A stretch of DNA of 63,971 nucleotides, counting the filler, from Sluysia triapertura (lineage: Eukaryota): NCBI GenBank assembly GCA_046118255.1. It is 4 parts of 4 records of this genome, joined end to end, with 100 filler letters (N's around TTAATTAATTAA, not from the genome) between each part and the next. Parts side by side here need not be neighbours in the genome. Positions count along the whole stretch, not along the records: positions 53,297 to 63,971 come from JBJNIA010193172.1; 3 more parts are not named here. One strand, 5' to 3'. Shown here in pieces: positions 53,197-63,971 of the stretch (position 1 is the stretch's first letter; each line of letters starts with the position of its first letter). The translations under genes and the position numbers were made by a program. Under the pieces are notes generated by a model, which worked only from the letters and a program-made list of their open reading frames with translations, did no database searches and was not told the DNA's origin.

Positions 53197-54351
53197 NNNN
53201 NNNNNNNNNNNNNNNNNNNNNNNNNNNNNNNNNNNNNNNNTTAATTAATTAANNNNNNNNNNNNNNNNNNNNNNNNNNNNNNNNNNNNNNNNNNNNCATT
53301 TATATATTATTAATTCAAACTAATTGAAAATAAAATTTTACAAAACCTTTGGAAAAGGCGAATTAATTGTATCTTTTTCAACTTGGCAATAAGACACAAA
53401 AAGAATATGGAAAAATTAATAAAATTAAAGAAATAATAAAAACGGAATTTTGTTCTTTATTTCAAGACAAAGTTTAATTATTTAATATATCTAGAAAGTG
53501 CGATAACAAAATGGTGATTCCGATAAAAGACGGATCGATAGGATTTCTGCTAGAAAAGGTAAGTTACGCGTAGAGGAGCCTTAAATTTTAATATGGAACT
53601 AATCAATTAATGCTTATTAATAAAATAGGAAAACTAAAATGATTATACAATGTTTAATAATAAAATAATAGCTAAGAATAAAATAATATTCTTAATAACA
53701 AAATATCATTTTAATGAGATTTTAAGACCACCATTACAATATTCGTATAAATAATAAGATTTTGGGTCAGATTTTATCCCATCTTAAAAAATGGTTTAAA
53801 AAACTTATCAAAAGTAAGCTTCAGTATGCATAGAAAACATTATACTCATTATATTTTATATTTTATATAGATATCAAATGTAATGATTATTCTGATTTAT
53901 CATCAACTGACAACTATGACGAATAATATGAAAAATTCATTCCAGAACACTTTCACTATTGGACTTATTGTAATTCATTCACTCAGAAATTGTTTCCATT
54001 TGAGATAAATAAACAAGTTGATATATTTTGAGTACTGTTTCGATCAGAAATTGATGGAAATTATTACCAAACAAACAAATATTTATCACGAACTAAATAA
54101 ATCAAAAAGGCAGGACAGAAGTTCGTGGAAGTGTTTTACTTGGTGAAATGTATACGTTTTTGCAACATTTACTTTTCATGAAAAATGCGATAAATGTATT
54201 TATTGGTCAAGAGATCCATTTCAGTCAAAACCATACAATGGAAAAGACAAACCACACGCTCAGGAAGATAAAAGATGATATTGTTGGGGTAAAAAGGCCT
54301 AAAAGTGCCATTTGGTAAAATTGTATATATTAAAAATGAAATTGTTAGAAG

Positions 54352-54423
54352 GGGCTGATAGCTCAGTGGTAGAGCATTCGAACTGCGCTGCGATGGTCCC
54401 GGGTTCGATCCCCGGTCAGTCCA
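54352..54423 (+). tRNA. tRNA-like element (Ala/Cys-like pseudo-tRNA or SINE head); nominal anticodon TGC
   Basis: Acceptor stem GGGCTGA/TCAGTCC, D arm GCTC-AGTGGTA-GAGC, T arm CCGGG-TTCGATC-CCCGG, then TTTT. The anticodon stem TTCGA/TGCGA has two mismatches. Confidence 0.7.
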
Positions 54424-57400
54424 TTTTACGAAGTCTAACATACGTAATACTTGTGTCACAAGTATAGATGTTTTATTAAAGGTGAAACTATACACCAAAC
54501 GTGCTAAAATCCACGCCGGATCACTTCGTGGCAACCTTCAACGAATATTCACAGAGTAGTCAATTTGAACACTGCCAGAACAACACAATATTTACGTGTG
54601 ACATGGATGATCATGCCACTTTAATACTAATATCAAGATTTATTTTATCTGTAACTATCGTCAATCTTTAACATTTCAAACCATCATATATAAAAAGATT
54701 AAGTAAACAAAATTTCGTGATACATCGATCTAAATTAATTATAAATTTTGCAGTAGCGGTAACGTAGTAAATAATCTGAGCTTTGAACATTATATCTAGA
54801 TCCAACTCGGTAGGCGATGCCAGTTTAATGATTACTAAGAACTTTATATCATCCTTGGCTGTTATGCACCTACTGCATTTCACATTGTCGTGTACTAACG
54901 TGAATTTCTCTCTCTCCTTGATTCTTAGCGTGTTGTATTTTAATCGTCTTGCACATGATTCGTCATGCCAACAATTTAAAGTACACGTGGAAGGCGGTCC
55001 CGTCACTAAATGATGATAGTGCTACTTGTATCGAGTCCATCATGGCCAACTTGAGCTTCATTTTGAAATACTGTCTCTGCATCATTTTAAAATTCTTTAT
55101 CGATAACATTTAGTACAAAATACAAACATCAGTACTAATATCAATGACCATTCAAACATCAATGACATTGATTAATATAATTTATTGTGCTCAATTTAAT
55201 TGTGTATATAATTAATTGTATTATTTATTATATTATTATATTATTTATTGATTGATTTTGTAATTTATAATTTGTTGATTTGCTTATTATATTATTTATG
55301 AACATTTATAAATTGTAATTTATTGACTTTATTTGCAAAATAATTTTGATTATAATTAATTCGGATTTTTAATTATTTGGATTTTTAATTAATACTAACG
55401 TAAGTAGTTTCTTTATATTATCAAACATATTTATTTTTATTTTAATTATTAAAAAATAAATATTTTTTGTTTTAACCTGGCCAAGGTCAGTTAAATTAAG
55501 TATATAAACATCATAAAAATGCATAAAACTCACAATTTTTTACACAACTTTTATAGTTTAAGAACAGATTACTAGTTATTATAAATATTTCATTTGAAAA
55601 ATTGGACATCGAGACATAATTGTTTTCCAGAAAGAACCTGCAAGATTTTCTTTTACACAAAATTATTTAACTTAGTTTATTATATTAAGTTTGGATACAG
55701 TAAGTATCCACGTAAAATCAACGAAAAATAAAATTTTGTAATCAATTTCAAAACTTCTAATAGTTTCACGCAAAATCCACTTCTAAATTATTATTTAAAG
55801 AATTAACTAAGATTAATTCTTCGCAACATATCAATTTTTATATCTCCCTTGTATTCTATTGAGTGTATAATATAAATTACTTGAGATTTCCTTAACTTCT
55901 ATAGCTTTAAATATAAAATCACTACTGTAGCAAATTTTTTTATCAGAATTTAATTCTGATATCGCAAAATCATTCATTAAAAAATTCTTTTCATTTTATT
56001 ACTAATAAAATTATATTTAAAATACCTCCATAATTCAATTAAATTTGACTAATCAGCATTTAAGTATTTAAATTTTGAATTGTTATTTGTCAGACAGCAA
56101 AATATTTGGATAGTCTAAGTAAGTTAAGAGTATCTTGATATTAAATTCACAGACACTTTAGACAGAACCTTAGGAAGTTATTCCCATTTTCAATTAAAAA
56201 ACCTTTTTCCTATATAAATCCAATGGCTAGCCCTAATCGGTAAGCCTAGTACGTTGGTGAACTCAGGTAAAAATTTTATTTTATTCTATAAGTCTCTTAT
56301 TTATAATCCCACAATTTTAAAGTTTCGATAAATTTTATTTCTGGCATCAAGATCGAATTTTTGACCAGTTTTGTTTATTTTTCTTTTCGTTTCTTCTTCT
56401 TTTTGTTTCTTTTACTTTAATTCATTAATAAAACATAAATACAATATGCTATTAGACATAATATAATAAATCATAGAAAACATAATAAAATATGAGAAAA
56501 GGTGTGGAGCTATAACAATAATAGCATGCCAATGGAGATTATCCCGTGTCTACGATTAGAGGGATACAATTTTCCATTCTCAATCAATCAATTTATTTAA
56601 ATGAAATGACAATCTGAGAATGCGAGTATTCATTAATTAATTCGTAAGTTTGTTTTACATAATTTGCAAACTCACATTGAGTTAAAATCTACACGCAAAA
56701 TACTAAATTTACGGTTGGTCCTTAAAGCCAATCACAAAATCAATTTAAAATATAAATTCATTACTCTTTAGTTGGCTCTTAAGGTCAGTTAAAGATCATT
56801 ATTACAAGGTAGAGTCTAACGGCTAGATCTTTATTATAAATCAACTTTTATCATTATTATAATTTTATTATTTATAAATTTCGGTATTATTAATAATTGC
56901 TGTTTTTTAATTTTTTAAATTTATAGTATTTTTATTTTAATTTTATTTGTTGTTAAATAAAAATTAAAAAACTTTTGAGTTCTGTTTTTATTATAATTGT
57001 TCTAACATTAACTGTGATTGCAATATAATCTCATTAAATTCTAATAAGAATCAAACAATCTAACGATCATTATATTAAGATTTAATTAAGAGTTGAAGAT
57101 CTTAAAAAACGACACGTCTCTATACAAATATTATTAACTTGATTTTTACATTAACTCAAATATTACATAAGTCAGCGTTGGTCTTAATTATTTTTAAGCT
57201 ATTTAGTATCAGTTGACATAAACGACGATTTTGCCCACTATTGTTAAGTAAGGCAAAGAGTATTTTTATACATTTAATCTTAATAATTGTTTACACGTAA
57301 TTTTACAGATACATCATTAGTAAGTCATATACTGTAAACGAACTCTGGATAATAATAGTAAATTATTTTGCCAAGTTAGGTTATTTTATTAAGAAAACTC

Positions 57401-57619
57401 CCAGCAATGATTAAGACTTTATTGCCTATGATCTTGTAACCATAGTTGAAAGTAATGGTGAAAGTATGGGATTTGATTTAATGTTATGGGATGATGTAAG
57501 TGAAACATATTGTAATGTATTATTATTTTTTGTGGTACAGTTTTCGTGTCTATGATTGTCGTTATTGATGTTATGTGATCGCAGTAATCGGCTGAACCAC
57601 TACATAAACCCTTGAGTTT

Positions 57620-58545
57620 TACGTGAATCATGGGCAGAATTCGAAAAGGTTTATAATAAGTATGCTAAATGTGACATATTTAACTGTTACGAAACAGGGT
57701 TGTTCTTTAAGTGTCCTTCCAAAAATACACTTATTTGAGCAAAGAAGAAAAGGCTAGTGGAAAATTCTCTAAAGAAAGAGTAAAACAGGTGAAAAGGAGG
57801 ACCCACTATTACTATGGAAGTATAAATCTCCCAGAGGATTTAAAAGCCTCGATTCTTCTAAGATACGAGAATAACAAAAATTTTGGATGACCTGTGAAAT
57901 TTTTGGCCGGTGGTTATATAATCTTAATGAGAAAATGAAAAAGATAAATCGTACAATCTTATTATTACTAGACAATACTCCAGTACACAATACTGGTGAG
58001 GAGTTCAGTAATATCAAGCTTTACTATTTTCCCACAAACTGTACTTCCAAAATCCAGCCCCTAGGTCTAGGAATTATCATAACATTCGAAGCTCAATTAA
58101 AAGAACTCGCTTAGTTGATGTCCTTCCGCTCGTAATAAATGCTTGGGACTCAATTAGCAAAGAGACTACAGCCAACTGTTTTAGACATGGATTTGATAAT
58201 TGGAGAGGATATAATGCAGATACAATTCCAGTAAATGAAGTTAATAATACAGTTACCGGATACCAACATGGATATTTCTGAAATATTTGAATGCAATGAC
58301 TTCCAAATATGTGCAGAGTTCAATATTGATGATACGGTTTTCTTCTAACAGGCTAAACCCTTAAATAAATCTGTTGAACATGAGGAAACATTAGAACAAG
58401 ATGAACCAGAGATAGGGAATGTAGATGCTGTACATTATTTAAAACAGTTTGAAAGATACTTTCTAGTGCATAATAACTTGGCACTCGAAAGTTTGGATGA
58501 TTTCAGAAATCAATTGCCAGATTTAAAAAAAATGATTAAATATTG
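57620..58545 (+). mobile_element. Tigger/TIGD4-6-like transposase remnant
   Basis: DIFNCYETGLFFKC.., SKERV, MTCEIFGRWL..LNEKM...RTILLLLDN..VH...NIKLYYFPTNCTSKIQPL.LGII..F. Confidence 0.85.
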
Positions 58546-60407
58546 ATATCTTCATTATCTATTTATAAGCAACCGGTTTTTGGGTTACCCTGCCGCTTAT
58601 TATCTCAAAAAGTTACGTCACATTTTTATATAAATTCCAAGTAGCTTTAAAAATCTAAAACCATTATACGAGTGTTTTCAAGTATCGCAGTTATTTCTCC
58701 GTATGAAAAACTTTACTTTATAATAAAAATTTGGCGCATTTTATTATTTTAATATCTGCGTATAATGTGGCGATCACGTGAACCTATGTTTCTTTATATC
58801 AGACCAAGTGAAAAATAAAATATACCGATGATATTGAGAATTTCGTATTGAGATAGAGCAAGTTTCATAAAGTTATGGCTGTTACAGATGAGATTAAAGA
58901 AACATAAGTAGTGGATTTTATAGAAGATATAAAAAAACATTCAAATCAGAAAATATTTAAAAGAAGACAAATTAAGGAAGTTTTTCAAAAAGTAAATTTA
59001 GCTACAGATTTAGAAGCAGTTTATAATTGTGGGGGCCAACTTTTACAACCATTAAAATTTTATTAAAATCTAATATTTTTTTTACACTCTAACATTCATA
59101 CATTTATCTCTTACCTACAAAACAGTTTACCTACTAAAATCAATTCATACCCACAATTCCACAATATACAAATCACAATTACACCCAACATTACCAATTT
59201 ACACCAACTACTCCACCAAAAACATGTTACTCGACATTCATAATGATCAAACAACAAACATATTCGAGATAATCCACTCAATACTTTCGAATCCTTCATT
59301 TTACTTAACCACTAGCAACACTTTAATATTTACAAACTTACAAAATAGTTCATTCACAAGCTCATAATATACAAACCACAGTTACATCTAATATCATCAA
59401 CTTTTACCAGCAAACCTATCTAAAACATGTAACTCAACACCATTAACAACCAAATAATATCCACATTTAAAACTATTTACTTTACACCTTCGAATCAATT
59501 ACAACATCTTAAATTCACCATTTGCCTTTGCATAATCACCAGCAACTCAATACAATACCTTTTAAAAACAACAAATAAACAAATCACATAAAACACTGCA
59601 CAATAATATTTTAAATATACGAAGAATGTATTGTAGTTGCCTTTTTACGTTTACCAAATTACAATCTTCTCAATGGGTCGTTTATCCACGATATTCCAAT
59701 ACTTAAATGTCGTTTTCAAATATGAACTTTCATAACCATCTAAGAACTCATTCTAACATTCTCTATTTCAGCTTAAATCAGCTATCATATCTTGAAACGC
59801 TAACTACACTTACCAATTCATTCAAAGCAATTCTACTCAGAAACTTTAGTTCTAAACACATTTTAAATTTATTACAATATGTCAAGAAATTTCGAAGAAT
59901 CAAAAGAAGATCGTGTACAATTTTAAAGAATTCAAGTTTATGCAATGCAGTAACAACAATAACTTGAACATAGTGCATCTTGTTATCGTTGTTATTGCAT
60001 ATTTATTTTATTTTATTTTATTTTAGTTGTAATGAATATTTATTTCAATTAATTTCGTAATACAGGTTTTAATTCCCTTATAATACTGAACAATTTTGCC
60101 TTTGATCACAACTCTCTGAATTCCAAAGTTTCTACGGAGTTTTCATTTAAGTGATTTTCATTATTTTAAGTCATTCTCATGGATATAGTACACAAAGGAG
60201 AAATACTTTGATAATTGCTAACAAAATCTGAAAGTGAATCACAATCAGAATCTTGTAGTCAGTCACAGCCAGAAAATTATCCAGAATGCTTTAGCAATGA
60301 AAGTATCTCAGAATGTATTGTAATTTAAAGCTAATTGTGCTTTAAGTCCAGCAGTATATACTAAAGAATGCAATGACTTTTATTAGGTATCCTAATCGGC
60401 TATCAAC

Positions 60408-60487
60408 CAGGGCTTAATTTAGAGGTAGGCCTTAAATTAAAATGATCCTGAAAGATCACACTAGGTCTTATTTTTGGGAAAACACTG
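60408..60487. mobile_element. pogo/Tc2-like element right terminus
   Basis: AGGGCTTA...TAGGCCTTA...TAGGTCTTATTTTTGGGAAAACACTG|TA, a subterminal repeat plus TIR pattern. Left end not found. Confidence 0.45.
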
Positions 60488-61541
60488 TATGTGGCCACAA
60501 TTGATTCATTGATAATGATAAATCGTTTACTTATTTATGAATATCAGCTATTTGCATACCCTTCACATTTGATTCTGTGTAAATATATGAACTAGTATAA
60601 TTTATTGTACTTTAATAATCGAAATTAGTATCTAAAGAAATTTACTGTTACAAATGCCATATAAATATTTGTGTAAATAATGAAAATAAATGAAAAGACA
60701 GTAATAATCTTAATCCACTTTCTAATATTTAACATTGTACAGTTAAATGAAAGAAAGTGTATTATTGATGTTTTATAAAATATCGTTTTTATTAATTACT
60801 TTATCGGTTTTATGCAGTATTTATTAATATCAATAATGGTAATTTCATAATGCCGTACCACTTAACTCAAATTAATTTAATTTTTAAACTTTTAAATCAA
60901 TTTGATATAAAATTAAGATCTACTAGAAGATTTTATTTTATTTTTTTTAGAATAATATTTATTTTAGATGCTAATTTTTAAACATATGATTAAATATTAC
61001 CGCAATTTCTAGAAGTAACTATTTTACCAGGAAAAGAAACAGCACAAGGAAATCATAATTAAAGTTTCAAAAGTACACAGACATTACTTTGTTGTAGCTA
61101 AAATATTTCCGAACAAAACTGTATTTCTGTAAATATAAATTACTTTATGCTTACAAAATAATAAAAAGTTACTAAAACCATTAATTATCATTTGAATTTT
61201 TTTATAAATAAAAGTTTCATATCTACTTAAAACTGTAAGTAAATATTTACGAATAAATAAAATAATTAATAATTGTCCATATCATTATTCTCTATCTAAA
61301 AATGAAGTTCTATCAACTTGAAAATGAGGCCAATGACTATTTCAGTACAAATATTGTCGAACTATGTATCGTTAGTAGTATCATTGACTGTCAACAGAGT
61401 TTCAAGGCTGTAAATGAACCGTACTAACTTTTTTGATAACAAAAGTGAGTTCGAATTCACGAACCTTTTTGAAATGGCATATCAGAAGCGGAATTTCGTT
61501 ATTATTTTTTACACATTTTTGTATTGATGATATATCTGCAA

Positions 61542-62650
61542 TGTCGGGCATATTTCCGTTTGCAAAGGTTCTGTTTTAAAAGAAACCTATTCGGTAAAAT
61601 TGTCAACGTCTAGAGGAGAGTACGGCTAATTAGAGATTATTTATGTCACTAGCTGACGACGGTCTAATTAGACTTATGAGTAACGTAAAGAAATTAACTG
61701 TTAAAAATAGTCACAATTATAGCGAAATTAACTGGTAGCAATGAAAAAATGATGTGTATTATGAATGTAGAATAGTTAAAGTTAATGATAGAAAAGCGAA
61801 ATAATTGAAGTTAATAACCTTATTTATACGTTGAGACAGCCTTTTTACGGTCTGTCTAATGTTCAAATAATTTAAATGTTAAAACCGCCTTTTTAAGGTC
61901 TTATTAAATTATCGTGGATTTTAAATAAAACAACTAAGTTGACAACAGAATAATTTTATTCAAAAAATTAGATCTATACAACTGTAATAGACTTTACAAA
62001 AATAATTTTACTCAAAAAGTTGTAATAGACTTTAGAAGACAAAAAATATAATAATGATAATATTTTAAATCTTAAGATAGTTATCTTAGATTATAAAATC
62101 AAATTTTAGTTAAAGTTTAAGCCAGCCTTTTTACGGTCTGACAAGAAGTTGAAGATTTTAATTCGGATTCTAGTCCTATTCAAATTACAATTAGGGCGTG
62201 CAAAAAACCTATATAAAATTAAATTACTTTTTCATGGACACTTGATTAGATTATAATATAGCAGGATAGAATATAAAACCAAATTCAACTCCACAACTGA
62301 ACACTTTATCTTACACATACATAACAATAATCCAAAATTATCAAGGATACCTATAACGCAAGCTGCTGTTGAGTCACAATTACAATTAATCAACACAAGT
62401 AGGTAACGCAAATTTTTGAGTTTATATATTGAGTTTAATATATCAGACAAAAATTAAACAATAATTGGAGACAGACGGTATTCAAAAATATTGGAAATTT
62501 TGTAAGTTTAATTTTTATTAAAGTGGTTTTATTCCTAAGAATAAAATCTTAAAATATTACTTAAATTCCTTTTTAAATATATTTTAAACTCCCATGTAAT
62601 GAGAGACCAAATCGATTTTTAAAATCAATAATTTGTTAAAAACATTAAAG
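61542..62650. repeat. LTR-like repeat, family D, with bulged-hairpin repeats; boundaries approximate
   Basis: CAGCCTTTTTACGGTCTG at 61837 and 62123, a variant at ~61885, TGTAATAGACTTTA twice, and a related segment near 20170. Confidence 0.4.
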
Positions 62651-63920
62651 GCCCAAAAAGACTTTAATTTTAAAATATAATTCGTCATTTTATATCTTTA
62701 ACTGCTAATTATGAATATGTTAGATTTATGAAAAATTCAAACTGTTTAATCTTAATATTCAATATTCAATATGTTTAATAATAATTTACAAAAACTTCAA
62801 ATGACTCTGGATACTTTTATACGTCAATAAATTAATATACTTGTGATAAATTAGACAATTAGACTTCCAATACAAATTCTGTAACGTTACTATTCCTCAA
62901 TAATACTTTAAATATCTTCACTTATATAAATTAGTCAGCAACAACCTAAAATCTTTATCGTTTTACTATTCTATTAATATTCCTTTATTCTATCTAGAAG
63001 TGTCAGTTCGGATACTCATTCCGATGGTCTGGAATGGAAACGCAAAAATATGTTTTAAGTTTATTTTAAAATGAAGTTCAATTTACTTTAACTTTAGTAG
63101 CGACTGTTATTCTTTGATTGTGCTCTTCTGTTTACTTTTTTCTTTATGGAACTACTCTCAAAACACAAAAAATTCAAATACGAAAATTTATTAATTAAAT
63201 ACTTTATACAAAAAACAGTAGCACTAATAAAACAATAACAATAATGAATATAAATAAATATTGAAAAGTATGTTTATAGCTTTAAATATTATAATTTTAA
63301 ACTGGAATTACAATAAGTATCACTTACTTAACCGACAATAATTACAATTAATTTTTATTTGTCTTTTCGTTTGTAAAATGTTAATATTAATTCTGGATAA
63401 TGTTCTTTGATCTCCTTCCAATTTTGCGATGCCAAAAATAATTTCTAAATGTTGTCTTCTTTAAAATATTCAAATATATTTTCTAATAATCGATCGTCGG
63501 TTTCACCGTGTGTCGTGCCGTTATTCGTTTAACCTGTGTATCCCGTGTATCGTTTGCTCAACCAGTGACCAGTGTATTGTTCGCTTAGCCAGTGTGTGTT
63601 TAAAATATTTGCACGCGCTATTTATACGCGTTTTATTATGGTTTTGAATTATTTCATTTTCTTGTATAGTAATTCCATCCAATATCATAGTGATTTAATT
63701 TGTTAATATATAATAATTATGACGAGTGATAATTATTTAATTCCAGTTAATGTAATTTTAGTACATAATAATTATAGTAATAATGGTACAATAATGATGA
63801 TGAATAATTTAATTTCATCAATCGTAACAATAATGAATCAATAATTATAGTAATAATGGTACAATAAACAATTATTTCATAATGAATCATCAAAAATTCA
63901 TTTTATAGTTTTGTTATAAG

Positions 63921-63971
<51 letters not shown>

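Noticed and set aside
54169-54534. 121-aa ORF on the minus strand
   Set aside because: It is the antisense reading of the tRNA-like element and its flanks.
54560-55080. Possible integrase relic on the minus strand (GHDG, SDGTAF, HAKNQG)
   Set aside because: Motifs are too degenerate and inconsistently spaced to call without a search.
56700-56830. Three weak hairpins (GGTTGG..CCAATC, AGTTGGC..GTCAGTT) possibly related to the bulged-hairpin motif
   Set aside because: The CC/GG-T core is not clearly preserved; too degenerate to count.
63767-63867. 27-nt direct repeat ATAATTATAGTAATAATGGTACAATAA
   Set aside because: Low-complexity duplication next to an AAT microsatellite; no sign of function.

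Overview
Very AT-rich, intron-containing invertebrate (metazoan) DNA with unusually short introns (35-45 nt). This fits a compact-genome parasite such as an orthonectid or flatworm, but that identity is inference only. Three 100-nt N gaps each carry an artificial TTAATTAATTAA linker, so adjacency across 12240-12339, 40266-40365 and 53197-53296 is uncertain. Host genes: a MOCS3/UBA4-like gene with a duplicated ThiF domain (16851-18888), an orphan rhodopsin-class GPCR (minus strand), two exons of a Shaw/Kv3 potassium channel (minus strand), one isolated Ku80 exon, and probable Ig-domain exons. Most of the remainder is decayed mobile DNA: piggyBac, pogo/Tigger and hAT remnants, MITEs, several solo-LTR-like repeat families, the 3' end of an RLE-type non-LTR element, a tRNA-like element, and a decayed Ty3/Gypsy element. 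Three observations stand out. (1) The Gypsy element has a class III (gB/chuvirus-like) glycoprotein in frame upstream of protease-RT-RNaseH-integrase, then a second protease and a new signal peptide after integrase. (2) The MOCS3 has an inactive-plus-active adenylation domain layout like a canonical E1. (3) A bulged hairpin with covarying stems is arrayed inside different LTR-like families.
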